A stretch of DNA of 64,000 nucleotides from the human T2T-CHM13v2.0 reference genome, Homo sapiens (GCF_009914755.1 NC_060929.1); one strand, 5' to 3'. Positions 26,254 through 42,984 are shown, counted from the first letter of the stretch. Notes: a model not told the origin generated them from the sequence alone. Numbers and translations are program-made.

Positions 26254-26432
26254 TCTGCTACTCAAAGCGCTCCATGGACAAACAGCACTAGCATTACCTA
26301 GGAGCTTTCTGGAAGTGCAGAACCTTGGGTGCTATCCTAGAGATTCTGAATCATGATCTGCAATTTGATGAGATCCCCAATTTAATGAGATCCCCAATTA
26401 TTTTTATGCACAGTAAAGTCTGAGAAACAATG
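26254..26432. mobile_element. MER5-family DNA transposon with internal 17-bp tandem duplication
   Basis: TGCTACTCAAAG..CAGCACTAGCATTACCTAGGAGCTT..AAAGTCTGAGAAACA; AATTTRATGAGATCCCC x2 at 26362-26395. Confidence 0.8.
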
Positions 26433-26497
26433 GACTATGTTTGCTAAAATAACACAGACAATATTATTACACTAAGACAAGGGGAGGTGTTGGTGGC

Positions 26498-26838
26498 TGT
26501 CTTAGTCTTTTGGGCTGCTGTAACAAAATGCCATAGACAGAGTGCCTTAGAAACAATGGAAATTTATTTCTTTTGCTTTTGGAGCTTGGGATGTCCAAGA
26601 TTAAGGTGCTGGTAGATTTGATGTCTAATGAGGGCCTTCTTCCTCACAGACAGTCAATCTCACTCTATCTTCAGATAGCAGAAGGGGAAAGAGGCTTCTT
26701 TTACAAGGGCAGTAATTTCATTCTCTGCCCCCATAATCTTATCACCTCCCAAACGCCCCACCTACCAACACCATCACCTTAGAGGTGAAGATTTTCACAT
26801 ATGAAATTTGGGGAAACACAAACATTCATTCCTGAGCA
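26498..26838 (-). mobile_element. MLT1A0-like MaLR solo LTR
   Basis: TGTCTTAGTCTTTTGGGCTGCTGTAACAAAATGCCATAGAC..GTCCAAGATTAAGGTGCTGG..CACAAACATTCA. Confidence 0.88.
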
Positions 26839-26966
26839 GTGGTCCTGCTCAGGCCAAATCTAAAGTACAGTGTGTATCTGAGAGCAGCCATTTAGGCAGT
26901 GTTATTAGAAGCAGGTTATTTAGGAATAAAGTCATCGACGTAATGAAGTAACTTGAAATCATGTAA

Positions 26967-27143
26967 CAGTGGTTCTCAACCCTAGCTGCACATTTAGAAT
27001 TGCCTACAGAGCTTTAAAACATACCAGTGCTTTGGCCCCACCTCCAGGGATTCTGATTTAATTTTTCTGGTAAGTTTCTTGGGCCTCAGGATTTTAAAAA
27101 TTTCCCAGAGGATTTTCATGTGTAGCCAGGGTTGAGATCCACC
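26967..27143. mobile_element. MER5B-like DNA transposon
   Basis: CAGTGGTTCTCAACCCTAGCTGCACATTTAGAAT..GCCAGGGTTGAGA terminal inverted ends. Confidence 0.85.
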
Positions 27144-27144
27144 A

Positions 27145-27400
27145 ATAAATTATGAGAAATGCTGGAGAAATTGGTTTAATTAGCTTGAAGAAGAGAAACC
27201 ATCTGTGGATAGGATGTCTTCAAATACCTATAGGGCAATTGTAAAGATTTATTTTGTGTAGTTCTACAAAACAGGATTGGACAAGAGAGGCACTTAATGA
27301 TTGAAGATCAACCTAAGAAGAATTTTGGTAATTTGACCTGTATGAAATAAAATGGGCACCCTTGAGGGCACATGGTAAGCTCAGGAAGAGACTTCACAAC
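27145..27400 (+). mobile_element. L3/CR1 LINE 3' fragment (host of the MER5)
   Basis: TTAGCTTGAAGAAGAGAA..TGTCTTCAAATACCTATAGGGC typical of CR1/L3. Confidence 0.6.
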
Positions 27401-27499
27401 CAAAGGCTCTCAGCAACACCATATAGAACCCTCATTCATTTAGCATAGGGTATTAGGTCAGTAGGGTATGGGATTGTCAGACTACATTATAATAGAGTA

Positions 27500-27710
27500 A
27501 TAATAAATACATTTAATGAACACTTCCTGTGCAGGGAACTTTACATGAATTACTATGTTTAATCCTAACCACAACTCTATGAGGACAGTTCCTTTGAAAT
27601 AGAGGCTTGGAAAGTTGAAATAAATTGCTCAAAATTACAGTTAATGAGTAGCAGGAACAGGCTACAAACTGAGGTTTGTCAGACCCCAGATTTCTTGATC
27701 TTAACCTCAT
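27500..27710 (-). mobile_element. MIR SINE
   Basis: TTTAATCCTAACCACAACTCTATGAGG..AAATAAATTGCTCAAAATTACA. Confidence 0.75.
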
Positions 27711-28804
27711 ACAGATTCTACAATGATGCTCAAAGAATACTTCCAGCCCTGAGATCCCATGACTCCTAGACATGCCATGCATTAATCACGGTTTTTTGCT
27801 TGAAGACCAATTTAATAGCCAGGATGGCTTATCTAAACAAACTCTTATAAACGTTAAAGAATATATTTTTAAAGTCACTTATTCAAAGCTTAGAAAATAG
27901 AATGTCATTGAAAGAACAAGTCTGGGTTAAAGGACCTAGGATCTTAATTGAAATAAATAAATAAGAGAACAAGTAATAAAACCAGGTAATTTGCAACACC
28001 AACACATTTTGTTACAATTCCTCCCCCCACACCCCGTTGTAATTGAAAGCATATTTGTTTTTACTCTCTCCCTTTTTTAAAAATTGTAATCTATGTTAGT
28101 ATTGCAAAACTAATTATAAGTCACCCAAGTGTAACCAAGGAGAGCTGAGGGCTCCTGAAATAGGACAAAGGGAATTCATTAAGAAATAATGTTAAGCTTA
28201 TGGTTTCAGAAGGTCATTAGAAATGCAAAACCAGAGAACACCATTGCCTGAGCCGATATCAAATCCAATCATTTATCATTCCCAGGGTTCTCAACATGGG
28301 GTCATCATCTGGGCTCCTTAACCCCCAAGCAGAATGACAGCTAATTTCTACCTCATGAGTCTAGAGTTAGCATGCCATCTTTTATCAAGGATACAGCAGC
28401 CTTTTCTTCCGTCTCAAGATATGATGCCCAGAGTTCATCTTCAGAGGCTGGCATTCTAGGGACTTTCCATTTCAGCTCAAGTAGACATAGCTTAGGTCTG
28501 AATTGAAGTCATTACCTCCACTCTATTTTCTCTGTGAAAGGATACTGTGGGCTGGCTTTGGCAACCTCTCATATGAACACTTCTTAATGTCAGGGCAGGG
28601 TGTAAACATCTGTAATCAAAAGGTAAACATTTTAATATTGTGTTTCAATAATTCCAGATACTCTTATTCAGAGACATAACATAGACCATCATTACATATG
28701 GTATTTTTTAGGTGTATGAGGGGGTGGGAGGACATTGGGTTCATCATCATTTTCTTAAAAAATAGTTTCTTCTCAACAGTCTGGTACCTCCATCACTAAG
28801 CTGC

Positions 28805-29146
28805 AGAGGCAAAGAAAGCAGCAGATTTTTTTCTGTAAAGAACCAGATGGTAAAGTTTCAGACGTTATGGGTCATACAGCCTCCATCTCAGACACTCAAC
28901 TCTTCTGTTGTAGTGCAAAGCAGTTGTAGACAATATGAAAACTAATGGTCATGGCTGTCTTCCAATAAAAATGTGTGAATAAATGAATTTTAAATTTCTT
29001 ATGATTTTTTCATAGCACAAAATAGTCTTGTTTTTGTTTATTGTTTTTCAACCATTTAAAATGTCAAAACCATTTCAACTGTTGGGGTATACAAAACCAG
29101 GTGACTGGCTGGATTTTTCCCACAGGTCTTCATTTGCCTATACCTA
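28805..29146 (+). mobile_element. MER58B (hAT-Charlie)
   Basis: TTTTTTCTGTAAAGAACCAGATGGTAAA..ACTCAACTC..TTTTTCAACCATTTAAAATGT..ATACAAAACCAGG. Confidence 0.85.
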
Positions 29147-29339
29147 TTTTACTCTCCACAGTACTCTTTAATTTTGAGAAAAGTAGATTTCTGACTCTAT
29201 CTCTACATTGATTATCTGATTGATTGATATCCGGCTGCAACCCATATTTCCTCCCAAAAGACTTCAGATACAAGAGTTGGTGGAATACTGCTGACCTCCC
29301 ATGAGGGTGCTCTTGTTTTGACTCCTGGCCAAAGCAACA

Positions 29340-30120
29340 GGATATACAATATAGTAAATGGCTTTAAAGTCTGAGGGCCTGAGTTTGAGGCACTCCCTAA
29401 CCATGTGACTACAAAATTACATTTCTGACTCTTAGGTTTCTCATTGGCAAAATGGGAATAATGATAATAGTAAAATGAGAAGCAAAGAAGATGTTCTCAG
29501 TAAAGGTTCTTTGTTATTTCAGGAGTGCTATAGTCCCTTGCATTTGCAATAATAACAATTTATAATTATAGTTCCTCATATAGGCTAGGCATTGATCAAC
29601 GTTCTTTACAAGTATTGATCCACTTAATCCTCACAATCATCATATGAAAATGGATACTTTTGTTACCATGATTTTAAATATTTGGATACCAGGGTTCAAA
29701 GAGATTAAGTAATTTGCCCATGGTCTTACTGCTATCAGGTGACAAAGGTAAGGTTTGAACCCTGAATTCTTATTCCTGAGCACACCCTCATCACTATTGC
29801 CTATTCTCTTCAATATCATGATGTAGACATGTGCCATACACTGTACTACCCATTTCACATACACGATGTAACTGAATGCCCACAAATATCTCATGATGTG
29901 AACATGGCAGCTTACTGAGTGTGCGGGCTCTGGACTTGGGCTTAAATAGTTCGGCTTTCTTCTTCCCTACTCTGTGACTTTGAGCAAGTTACTTACCATT
30001 TCTAAATCGCCTTTAATTTACGATCTGGGAATGATCTTAATAATAGGTACCTTTGAGAGCTTTGTGGAGAGCAAATGAAAGAACACATAGGACATATTTA
30101 ATATGGTCCTGTTTTATAGT
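29340..30120. mobile_element. Cluster of three MIRs (+ 29340-29520, - 29550-29800, + 29900-30120)
   Basis: MIR cores GGTTTCTCATTGGCAAAATGGGAATAATG, GAGATTAAGTAATTTGCCCATGGTC, TGTGACTTTGAGCAAGTTACTTA. Confidence 0.75.
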
Positions 30121-30809
30121 TTTGTGTCTGCTAATTCACTCACTTTTTCATTCATTCGTTTATTTCTATTTCTCCCTTACCCTCATAGAGACAAAATTTT
30201 AAGTGTGCTGTTGAATAGTGAAGTTAATTTAAAATTTAATTAATGCAATTACTCATTTTTTCCCAAAGTGTAGTATATAAATATCTGTAGGTACATTAAC
30301 GTGGTGCCACACAATTAAGAACACACTAATCTGGAGATTCAGATTTGAATAGCTAGTTTCATGTTGTGATACATGCCTGAAAACTCAATGACAGCATGCA
30401 TGATATTTAAAACAGTTTGCTAATTTTGACCTTGACAGATGGAGTATTTGAGTGATGTTTCCCTTGAATCTGAGCACTAAGTGTATAGTAGAAGCTTTCA
30501 GTTGTCTTCTACTTGATGATGTTATTTGAAAAAAAAAATTCCTATTATATAATAAGAGTTTTAACATCATATATTTTGGACAAGGTGTCTGTGACATGAC
30601 CAATCCTAAAATATATGGGAAAGCTTAAATGTATTCCTCAACATCTTTCCATAGCTTATTTCTTAAAATGCTTAGAGATTACTACATCTTGGAAAAACAT
30701 TTGGAGAAGAATATTTGAAAGACAGATACTGGTAGGTAGAGAAGTATTTGCTATGAGACCTAGCTAACACTACGGTACTATTTTGCAAATTTTTATTTGA
30801 ATAATAGAA

Positions 30810-30975
30810 TGGGGAGAAAATTTAGAAGGATGTAATTTATATTTATCATTTTACAAATGAAGAACAAAGAAGCATAAGTCAAATAACTTGCCCAAGTTCA
30901 AACAGGCAGTTAGAGAAAAAGTAGGACTTGAATCCAAGGATCTCATTTCCTAATCCCAGTTGCTTTCTGCTACTA
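30810..30975 (-). mobile_element. MIR SINE
   Basis: CATTTTACAAATGAAGAA..AAATAACTTGCCCAAGTTCA. Confidence 0.7.
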
Positions 30976-31364
30976 GGTGCTTTCTTCTGCATTTAATACT
31001 CTCACATGTTTGCAAGCCCTCAGCATTTCATATGAAGATCAAGGTAAATGTGTATACCATTAAAATATTTTAGATCCCTGATATAAGGAGATACATTAGA
31101 TTTCTTTCTACCACATTTTATAAAAGCCTTTATAAGGTATAATGCAGGTGTCTGCTGTTTTTATGAGCTTCACACTATCAAAGAAATTTAACCCTCTCTT
31201 TACTTATATGTTTGCTAATTGGTGGGAAAGATGGGCTATTTCAACTATTGTATTTGGCTTCATTAAAAGTGACACGCCTAAAGAATACTAATCAAATATT
31301 TTTCCTGTATCATCATTTGGCACTTGGCAACTGGTTCTAGAGCTGAAATTTTTTATTCTGTTTA

Positions 31365-31716
<352 letters not shown>

Positions 31717-32869
31717 AGTTTTACCATCTGACCTCTTTGAGATTAGCTTCTACCAATTGCGGGTCGCCTGTCTAATCACAGTGCTTATGCCAGATTGCAT
31801 GAAGGAGTAACAAGGGCAGGCTTGGAAACAGTGAGAAAGAAAAGTATTTTGCCAAGACAATGGATAGTGAGTGAGAAAAGAGGACCTTAGATAGAAAATT
31901 GCAGGCATTTACAGGTTATTCCTCAAGGGAGTGGTGGAAGTTATTGTCAAGGAGAGACAGCAGACTTTGGACAAGATACAAATATTGATCCTTTAACTGA
32001 AACAGTGACTGAACCTGTAGTCTTGCTAGTTACAACAGTCACTCTGAGCATTGAGAATTCTGATGCTGTCTCCGGTGTTGTAATTTCAGATTCTGAAACT
32101 GCAAGAGGAAGCATCATTAGGAAATATAAAAGTGAGACAGATTAAAGGGAATTAAATTGGGAGGCTCAAGTCAAAACTAAACTAATACATAATGCATCTT
32201 TGGCAATATTATCCCTGATTTTTTTCTTTTCAAAAATGTGGTTTTCGGTACCTAGATTTTAATAGCTAATTGGTTTAATTTGTTCATCACTGTGCCTCTT
32301 TATGCACAACATAAATTAAAGCAGGGTTATTGTCATATTCCCAATTAATTTGGCCAAAATGGATAGCTGCATTGGATGATCATTCAGGCCAGAACAAACC
32401 CTTAAAGCTCTAGCTGTTTTGTTTGCTGACTGTATAAATAACAATGCAAATAAATTAATATCTTGGAGAATAGACATATCTATGTTTTTTTGTTGTGTCA
32501 TCCAATGTGAAAAGACACAGTAGTATTTCTGATTAGCACACATCCATGCTTTCCTTTACATAGTACTTATTGGAAGGTTCCTATTTCTATAGCTCTGAGA
32601 TGTATTCTATGGAAGGCACAACGATGAACATAATGAGAAATGAGGCAATAGAAATAATTCAGTAATTCCGATAGAAGTTAAATATGATAATGAAAAATAC
32701 ACTATTATAATCACAAGCAGAGTGAATATTATGTAATAAAAGGTTCAAATTTCAGTAAAGGAAGCCTTGGCTTGAACCCAGATGCTAGGAATTTCATTTC
32801 TACTTTGCTGCTCTCTTTAGTGAAGACACCTCAATTTTCCACATTCTGCACATCTTGTGGTTGGTAGGA

Positions 32870-35182
<2,313 letters not shown>

Positions 35183-36819
35183 TCATAATACGAAATAACA
35201 TTAATGAACAATTTGTGTTATTTGATACTTGACCCAATACCTTGCTTGGGTATTTCTCTCTTGGCAGAAGAAAAATACTGCCTGAATGATTTTTTTTGTC
35301 TCGATGCTGAGATTTTCTGGGAAGCACAAGAACCAATGTAGTTGAAATGGAATGAGGTAGGGGAAGAGACACATCTTCAATACCTTTGTGCTCCTGTCTT
35401 TACACTGGTCCTTGCTTTATGTAACTTTTCACAAATTGTCTCTAGAAGTGCAGATGTCAACTAAAAGGCAGGCTTAGTTTTAATATCCTCTTGTCATTCT
35501 ATTTTCTTTTGTTAAATTGAGAAGGAAGATGAGAAATCAGGACAGGTTCTCTATTCTCTCATATGGTATATCCGGCAGCTGGAGAATAGCAGTGGTTGAC
35601 AAAATGTTCAGTTAATTGAAGCTATGTAGTGGATATTGATGATCTTTCTACATTTAATGGAGAAATAAATCTGCTGCTAGAGAAAAAAATAAAAATGGCT
35701 CTTTGGCTGATATATGTCCACACTAGCCTCTTCAGGCAAATGAAAAAATAATAATCACCTCCCCAGATGTAATATGTTAATGCTTAATTGTGCTCTACAG
35801 AACATCTCAAGTTTAAGAAAAATAACAGTGTAGCATATTCCTCGATTTTTAACTGTTAGATACAATGAAAACATAGTGAGATGAAAACATTTAATTCACA
35901 CAGTAGCCTGTTGGTGACAGCAAAGTTACACAAATTTCAGCATGGAAACATACATTCAAATAAGACTATTTAGGCTTTCAAAATATTGTAAAATAATGGA
36001 AAGTATGAGAGATATTATTAAATGGGGCCATTATAAATACATTTCAAACACTCTGGTTATTCCTATTTATACATGATTCTGGACCTTTTGAGGCTTCAAA
36101 CCTCTAATGGTTTGGATAAATAAAAACTGTGGATATTCCTATAATATTTCCTGTTCCTTTCAAAGAAGGGAAGCATTAGTAGCTCAGAGGTAATTTCATT
36201 TGTAAAATAAAATGACTTCTTAATAAAAATAAAATAAATGAATCTGAAAGGCTTAGGCATTAATTGTACTAAGCCCATTATAGTATCTTTTGAAACTCAG
36301 AAATTCTCAAAATTATCTTACATTCTTAAAATTTAGCCTATTTGGAAATACTGCTGTACGTTTAATCAATTTGAAAATATTTATTTACCTCTTGTTTCTC
36401 ATTGAATGAGACTGATCAGTTAGGAAAATTCCTGCCATTATTATACTCTATATCAAATTCAAGCATTAGGCTCTGAGTTACAGGACTCAATACTATGTGC
36501 AAGTATAAATTAATTTGATTGGCTTTAAAATGTATGATAGCTAAAAACTCTGTGCATTCTCAACTCTAGTCCGTTCTGCCTATAATGACCTGTTATATTT
36601 CCTCTTTATGTAGTTTCTCTCCACTGTTGTCTCCAATGTTCCCTGCATTTAGAGATACTTTCCTTCACATTATTCCTTTTGTTCTTTCCTTCCTCAAGAA
36701 CATCAGAAAGTTCTTGTCTTCATGCTCAATCCTTCTTTCCCGTTGTTGAATCCTGTGTCTTAATCAATTTTCTGTGTAATAAGAAGCAACATGAATCCTC
36801 TATGAAATGATCATAAAGA

Positions 36820-36985
36820 AATCAAAGGTAGATTTCAACTAAGGTTATAACTCTGATTGTCAGTGGTTTCCTGGATCTCTATGTTGAGAAGGATTCTGAA
36901 ACCATGCTTAGTCTCAAAGGGAAAGTCCGCTATAATCAACTACCCTATTATGCTCTGCATGTATAGTTTAGGGTGGCATATATTA
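36820..36985. mobile_element. MER117/MER112-type hAT-Charlie fragment
   Basis: Shares TGTTGAGAAGGATTCTGA (36882-36899) and degenerate flanks with 696-713. Confidence 0.55.
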
Positions 36986-37010
36986 TCCTAATCATAAGGT
37001 TGGTCTAAGG

Positions 37011-37201
37011 CAGTGGTCTTCTAACATTATATCAAAAACACGTTGAGGGCTCTTGAAAATACAGACTGATAGGCCCCACCTCCTAGGGGGTTTCTGATTC
37101 AGTATATGTCGGGCATGATCCAAGAATTGTGTTTTTTACAAGTATGTAATTTATGCTGTTGCTGGAGGTCCAGGGACCACGTCACACTTTAAAAATTACT
37201 G
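37011..37201. mobile_element. MER5A
   Basis: CAGTGGT..AATACAGACTGATAGGCCCCACC..TTTCTGATTCAGTA..GGTCCAGGGACCAC..ACTTT..ACTG. Confidence 0.85.
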
Positions 37202-37235
37202 ATCCAGTGCAGTGTTCATCTTCTTTTTTTCCATC

Positions 37236-37254
37236 TTCTCTCTCTCTTTCTCCT

Positions 37255-37302
<48 letters not shown>
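37236..37302. repeat. Compound (TC)n(TG)n microsatellite
   Basis: Direct reading. Confidence 0.9.
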
Positions 37303-37303
<1 letters not shown>

Positions 37304-37599
37304 AGTTTTTCTTAACGTAACTGAGTATCAGAATACCTTGAGGACTTAAAAAAAACTTATAACTGTGTTATACCCTAGAATTATGATTTTGTACATCTGG
37401 GGTTAGGCCTTTGTATAAACATTTATACTTTTAAAATTTTCACAGGTAAACTTGCATAACATTCATTGAGACTTATTTCCCTAAAAGTAGGTATACTATC
37501 TGTTTACAGTGATATGTACAATGCCACCATGTACAAGGGTTTTATATTAGAATGATTTGATAGTATAAGGAAAAAAGCTAAATCAAAACTACGTTTTAA

Positions 37600-38880
37600 A
37601 TATCAGCATAACATCCTAGAAGATGCCATGAAGAGCATTGAAGAAGAGAATGGAGCACAGATTTAGTGAGTGGATAGGGTTTGCCTTGCTCCTTAGAAAA
37701 AGTGAGCAACCAGATTAAGAGGAGAGTAAGTGTTTCATGTAGAGAAAGTAGTGTGCTAAGTGGGAAATAGCATTGTGGCTTACAGAAATTGAAAATGTGG
37801 CTGGATCATACTGTTCAAGATAAAAGACAAAATTTAGGGGGAGTATTGGAATCCTAAGTCCAGAAATACAAGTTGGGGCTATGTCATGTTGGGTCTTGTA
37901 GGCTATGTTAAGAAGCCTAGGCTTTATCCTAAGAGCAATAAAGATCCACTTAGGAGTATCATGGCTGAGGAGTATCATAGCTAAAATTTCATTTTAGAAA
38001 AAAAAATTTCTGACTACAATATAAAAAATAATTTGGAAGCCAACATATTTGGAGAAAATGGACAAATTGTGAGGCTATAGCATTAATTCAGGAAAGGTTA
38101 TAGAGGTTCCATGAAAGCTCAGATATGTAGCTTGATCATCAGTGTTTTTCCAGAGCTTATAGCACAGTGCCTGGCATGGAGTGGGTATTCAAAAGAACTT
38201 TCTTTAATGAATGATTGATGGAATTAGAGAAGTAGAAATGGGGCTTGAGATAACTGGACAGATTCAAATTCCAACAACGTTTATTGAATGGAATTGATCA
38301 ATCTGTGATTGTGACTTTTTTTTTTTTTTGAGAAATCAGGAAGAGGAAAGAGGTAACAAAGAGTAAACACATACATATCTCTTCTATTTGTTAAAAAGAG
38401 GCTGCCCTCCCTACCCCACCCTCCGCCTCACTTCTCCCTCTCTCTTGCTCACTTTCTTCCTCTCTCACTATGTAATTTGTGTCCACACCAGCTGTCCTTC
38501 ACCTTCTGCCATGAGTGGAAGAGCTTGCGGATTTCACCAGATGCTTAATATTATGGCTAGCAGAAACATGAGCCAAATATATATATATATATATATTTTT
38601 TTTATAAATTACCCAGTCTTGGGTATTACTTTATAACAACACACAATGGACTAAGACAGATGGATAGGGAAGAAAGATAAATATGTTGGGTGAAGTTGTC
38701 AGAGAGAAGGAGAAGTAAAGGGGTCGAAGACACAGTAGAGCTCAGTGGTGTCAGAATAAGGACATGAATAATTGCTATAGTTGAAGAGTGAAACACAGAG
38801 GATAGGAGGACATGGAGACTGGGGAATTTTGAATTTAACAATTTGCATTTGGAGGATATTTTGGGGGAAGATCAAATTAT
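37600..38880 (-). mobile_element. L2 LINE fragments flanking an LTR
   Basis: GGTCTTGTAGGCTATGTTAAG..GGCTTTATCCTAAGAGCAAT..TTTCATTTTAGAAA typical reverse L2. Confidence 0.65.
38390..38658 (+). mobile_element. MST/MLT1A-group LTR 3' half with internal (TA)n
   Basis: CCTTCACCTTCTGCCATGAGTGGAAG..TTTATAAATTACCCAGTCTTGGGTATT..TGGACTAAGACA. Confidence 0.85.
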
Positions 38881-39249
38881 AATTTGTCTACACTTATGTT
38901 AACTAAACTCTCAACTCTGAGGGCAAGGGATAGTATTATAGTCAATATTCAATATTTATATCTTGTGTTATTTACCTTGTTCATCTCAATGAAAGCACTT
39001 AACAAATTCAACTGGCTTTTCCTCTCTTCAGACCCTGAATTACTCAGCATCTAGAGAAGCCAAAAATATGTGAGCCTTTCTTTGCTCTTTGAAAGGTCAT
39101 AACAGAATTTTTAAGTGGTTACTTAAAAACCAATCAGGGATGACTAGCCCTGATGATTCTGTCTTCCTGAGTAAATTCTCTATAGGATTTAACACAATAC
39201 TATGTGTACACAGAAGAGTCTATGTGATAACAAATATTTGTACATTGCA

Positions 39250-39460
39250 TAATACTTTCTTAAGTATTTTCTCATATATTGTGAGACGATTTTCAGAGAA
39301 AACTTTGTAGTGGTATGTAAAGTATTATTGCTATTCAACAGATAAGGAAAATGAGATACACATTATTCAAGGGTCTTATTCAAATTCTCAAGGTGAAATA
39401 ATGGCCTAGCAAGGCAAACAGAGCAGACCTCCTAGCTTGTGGTTCAAAGCTTTACCCACA
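39250..39460 (-). mobile_element. MIR (degraded)
   Basis: TATTATTGCTATTCAACAGATAAGGAAAATGAGA. Confidence 0.5.
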
Positions 39461-41256
39461 AAGATACTTTTTAACATTGTAAAATAAGTATCTTCTTTTG
39501 CTAGTTCCAAAGGAAGTTTTACTTTGGTTATTCATGTTCCTGTTTTTGAACTAATTGAAAACTAATTTAAAGCTAACATACTCTCCTTAAGCTGACTTTA
39601 CAAGACATTTTTCAGAAAACCTATGGTTAAATCTAGGTGTCTGGGTTTCTCTCTCCCTTAACAATAATAGATAAATGTATTGCTGTTGTAATTTATTGGT
39701 CAGCAACACCAAGTGAAAGTAAGGTAAAGGTGATTTATAATTTGTAATTGTGTTTCTTTCAATTCGGAAAGGAAAGGGATTCTCCACTCATACAATGTGA
39801 GAGGAAAAAAGAATAAACACAGATAGAAAAGCCTGTGTCAAAATGCCAGAAATGAGCTGAACTGACTCACTAGCTCTTGAATTACCAGCAAATCCAACCC
39901 ATCATTTCTCATGCAATTATGTTGAACCCCATTTCATTTTCTTGTGATGAAACAAGCTAGGAGGTCTGCTTTGTTTGCCTTTTTGTTGAATTGGAAAGTG
40001 TTGAAATAAACATTACTGTCATTCAGTTGGATTTCAAGTTATTTAACTATTCTAACAGCATTTGCAGGCAGGTTGCAGGGTAAGTGTCCATGGTTTGCCA
40101 GTTCAGTTCAACACGTCTCTGAGGATATCACAAACTAGGCTACAAGACAGATACAGATTTATGATAACCATCCAGATACGTGAGGAACCAGAGACTATAG
40201 GAAGTGCTTAGTTAGACAGCAAGAAAATTCAGATGTTTTAAATGTATAAATATTTCTGTGATTCTCACCTATGATCTAAACTCTGCTTGGTCATGAGTTT
40301 CATACACCATTAGGATATTAATGTATTTATTCAAATTCATTGGCTAGAAGGTTAAAGTGGGAATTTCCAGGAAAAAAAAACCCACGATGATTGGGGCCAA
40401 CAATCTACAGATGCCATTCTTGGCTATGGTGAGACAGTCAGTGAGTCAAATAAGTTATCAGAACATGATTTTGTATTCATTCAACAACAAAAATAGCTAT
40501 TGGACATTTTCCAGATCTCAGACACTGCAGTATACAGTGTGTTCAAAACAGATAAGATCTTTGTGTTGATAGAAGTTAATGGCAGTCTCTGGCCATTGGG
40601 CCTTTTTAGCTTATCTGAATGATAATGCTTAGAAAATAAATTATAAGCACCTTACTACTGGCACATTTTACCTTTTGGAAAGCATCTATTATTTCATTAT
40701 AAGACCTAAATTTGACGATTTTTCCCTAGCATTTTAATAGGGATTCAGATGAGTCCAAAACCAGAAAACACAAACTTTGAGATTGTATCATATTATCAGA
40801 TAGATAACATACATAAATTCAACATTTTGGGATTTCACAGAGAATATGCTTTCACTGATTAGGAAAAGCCACACAAAGCTAACTTCAATGTTAACGACAT
40901 TCCACAAAATGTAATAGTCCCCGTACTTTTGCACATAATATTCTCTCTTTGTCATGACCTTCTTTATTAAGACGCTACTCTGAAATCACCTCTATGAAAT
41001 CTTTTCCTATATCTTAGATAGAATTAGTTATTTCCTGCCCAGACCTCAAATTCTGTAAGAATAGTTTTCATTGCAGTGGTTAGTATAGTCCCAGTCTCAG
41101 AGCAGCCAGCTGAATGAATAGTATATGTACATATTTTGACATAGCACTGATAACATGGTATTATAATTATTTGCTCACCAGCCTACCCATGACATTAGAC
41201 AAAGTCCCTTATGCATAGGCCAAGGAATACTCATTAAAAATATTTATTGATGCACA

Positions 41257-42670
41257 ATTTATTAAAGTATAATTTGCATACAATAATATTGACGAATCTG
41301 ATGCATTTTGACAAATGAATGCAGTCATGTAACCACAACACAAATATGAGATACAAACTTTCCATCATCCTGAAGGTCTACACCTTTGCAATAAAATACC
41401 CTACTCCCATCCTCATCCTGGCAACCACATACCTTTTTTCTATCACTATACCTTTTAAAAATTTCATACCAATTATATTATATAAAAATATATAACTATA
41501 TTTAATACATAATGAATTCTATTTATTTATATTCCATTTTATACAAATGGAATGATACTATCTATCATCTGTCATATACATTTGTGCCTGTATTCTTTTA
41601 CTTAATATTACACGTAAGAGTTTATTCATATTCTTATATATACCAGTAGTTTGTTTCCTTCCATTGCTCAATAGTTTCTAATTGTATGGATATGTCACAA
41701 TTTGTTTATACATTCATCCATTGATAGACCATTTGTTCTGCTTCCAATTTAAGGGTATCATGAATAGAGCTGCTATGAACCGTTCTATTCATAGCAGCTG
41801 AAGAGAGTGAATACAGATCTTTGGGCAGACATGTTATCACATGGGAAGCATATGATTTACTTTACAAGAAACTACTTGTTTATAAAATGGCTTACCATTT
41901 TGCATCACTGCCAGCATTATATTTGAGTTCCCATTGTTTTCCATCATCTCCAACACTCGCTAATGTCAATGTTATTAATTTTAGCCATTCCTAGTCAGTA
42001 TGAAGTAATATTTATACATTCTTGTGGCTTGAATTTGAATTTCCCTGAACTAATGATGTTGATTGAGTACCTTTTCATATGCTTATGTGTTTTACATCTT
42101 TTTTTGGAGAAAAGTGTAATGATTTTTTCCCAATTTTAAAATCAAATTGTTTGTTACCTTACAATTATGTTGTAAAAGTTCTTTATATAGCCAAGACAGA
42201 AGTTCTTTAGTAAAGATATACATTTTTTCCACATCCAATCCTGTGTGAGATATATATATTTTGCCAATATTTCCTCTCAGTATGTGGCTTGCCTTTTCAA
42301 TTTATTAAAAGCATGTTTAGAAAAGCAAATTTTTTCATTTTGATGAAGTCTCACTTATCAATTTTTTTCCATCATACTTTTAAAAATCTTAAATTGTAAA
42401 CCAAAGTCACAAAGGTCTATATTTTCTATAGTATTAGAGATTACATTTAGGTCTACAATCCATTTTGAGTTAATTTTTGGATATGATGTTAAATAAAGAT
42501 TAATAATATTTTATATATAAATATTCAGTTGTTCTAGCAAAAGTTGTTCTAGCAAAATTTGTTAAAGACATTATCCTTTCCCCATTCAATTCATTTGCAG
42601 TACTTCTTGGAAATGTATGTTATCTATTTGTGGGTCTGTTTCTTAACTCTCTCTTATGTTCCATTGAAGT
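41257..42670 (-). mobile_element. L1MB/L1MC-type 3' end
   Basis: TTTATTAAAGTATAATTTGCATACAATAA..CCTGGCAACCAC..TTTTGATGAAGTC..TCCATTTTGAGTTAATTTTTG. Confidence 0.85.
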
Positions 42671-42786
42671 ATTAAAAACTTACCTCATTTACCTGAAAGC
42701 AGCTGTTTACTTCTCTGCCTTTCTGCTGCAGCCATATTCTTAGTTCCTTAAGGTTAAGGGTTAGTGCCTTAGTACATCTGAAAGTA

Positions 42787-42851
42787 TGGATGGATAGATA
42801 GATGGATGGATGGATGGGTGGGTGGATGGATGAATGGATGGATGGATGGAT
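42787..42851. repeat. (GGAT)n tetranucleotide repeat, interrupted
   Basis: Direct reading. Confidence 0.9.
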
Positions 42852-42984
42852 TTTTTTAAACGTTGCAAAAACCTGATTACGTATCTTAGCAGGACTGAAC
42901 AATTCTAGTAGTTGTTATATTCATTGCATTTCCTGTGTGTGATGGCATGGATTATCACTATTCTATTTGTTTTCTAACTCTGTC

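Noticed and set aside
28283-28790. Possible hAT-Charlie relic starting CAGGGTTCTCAAC
   Set aside because: Only the terminus resembles a TIR; the body could not be matched with confidence
42527-42557. 15-bp tandem duplication AGTTGTTCTAGCAAA x2
   Set aside because: Ordinary slippage duplication inside an L1 relic
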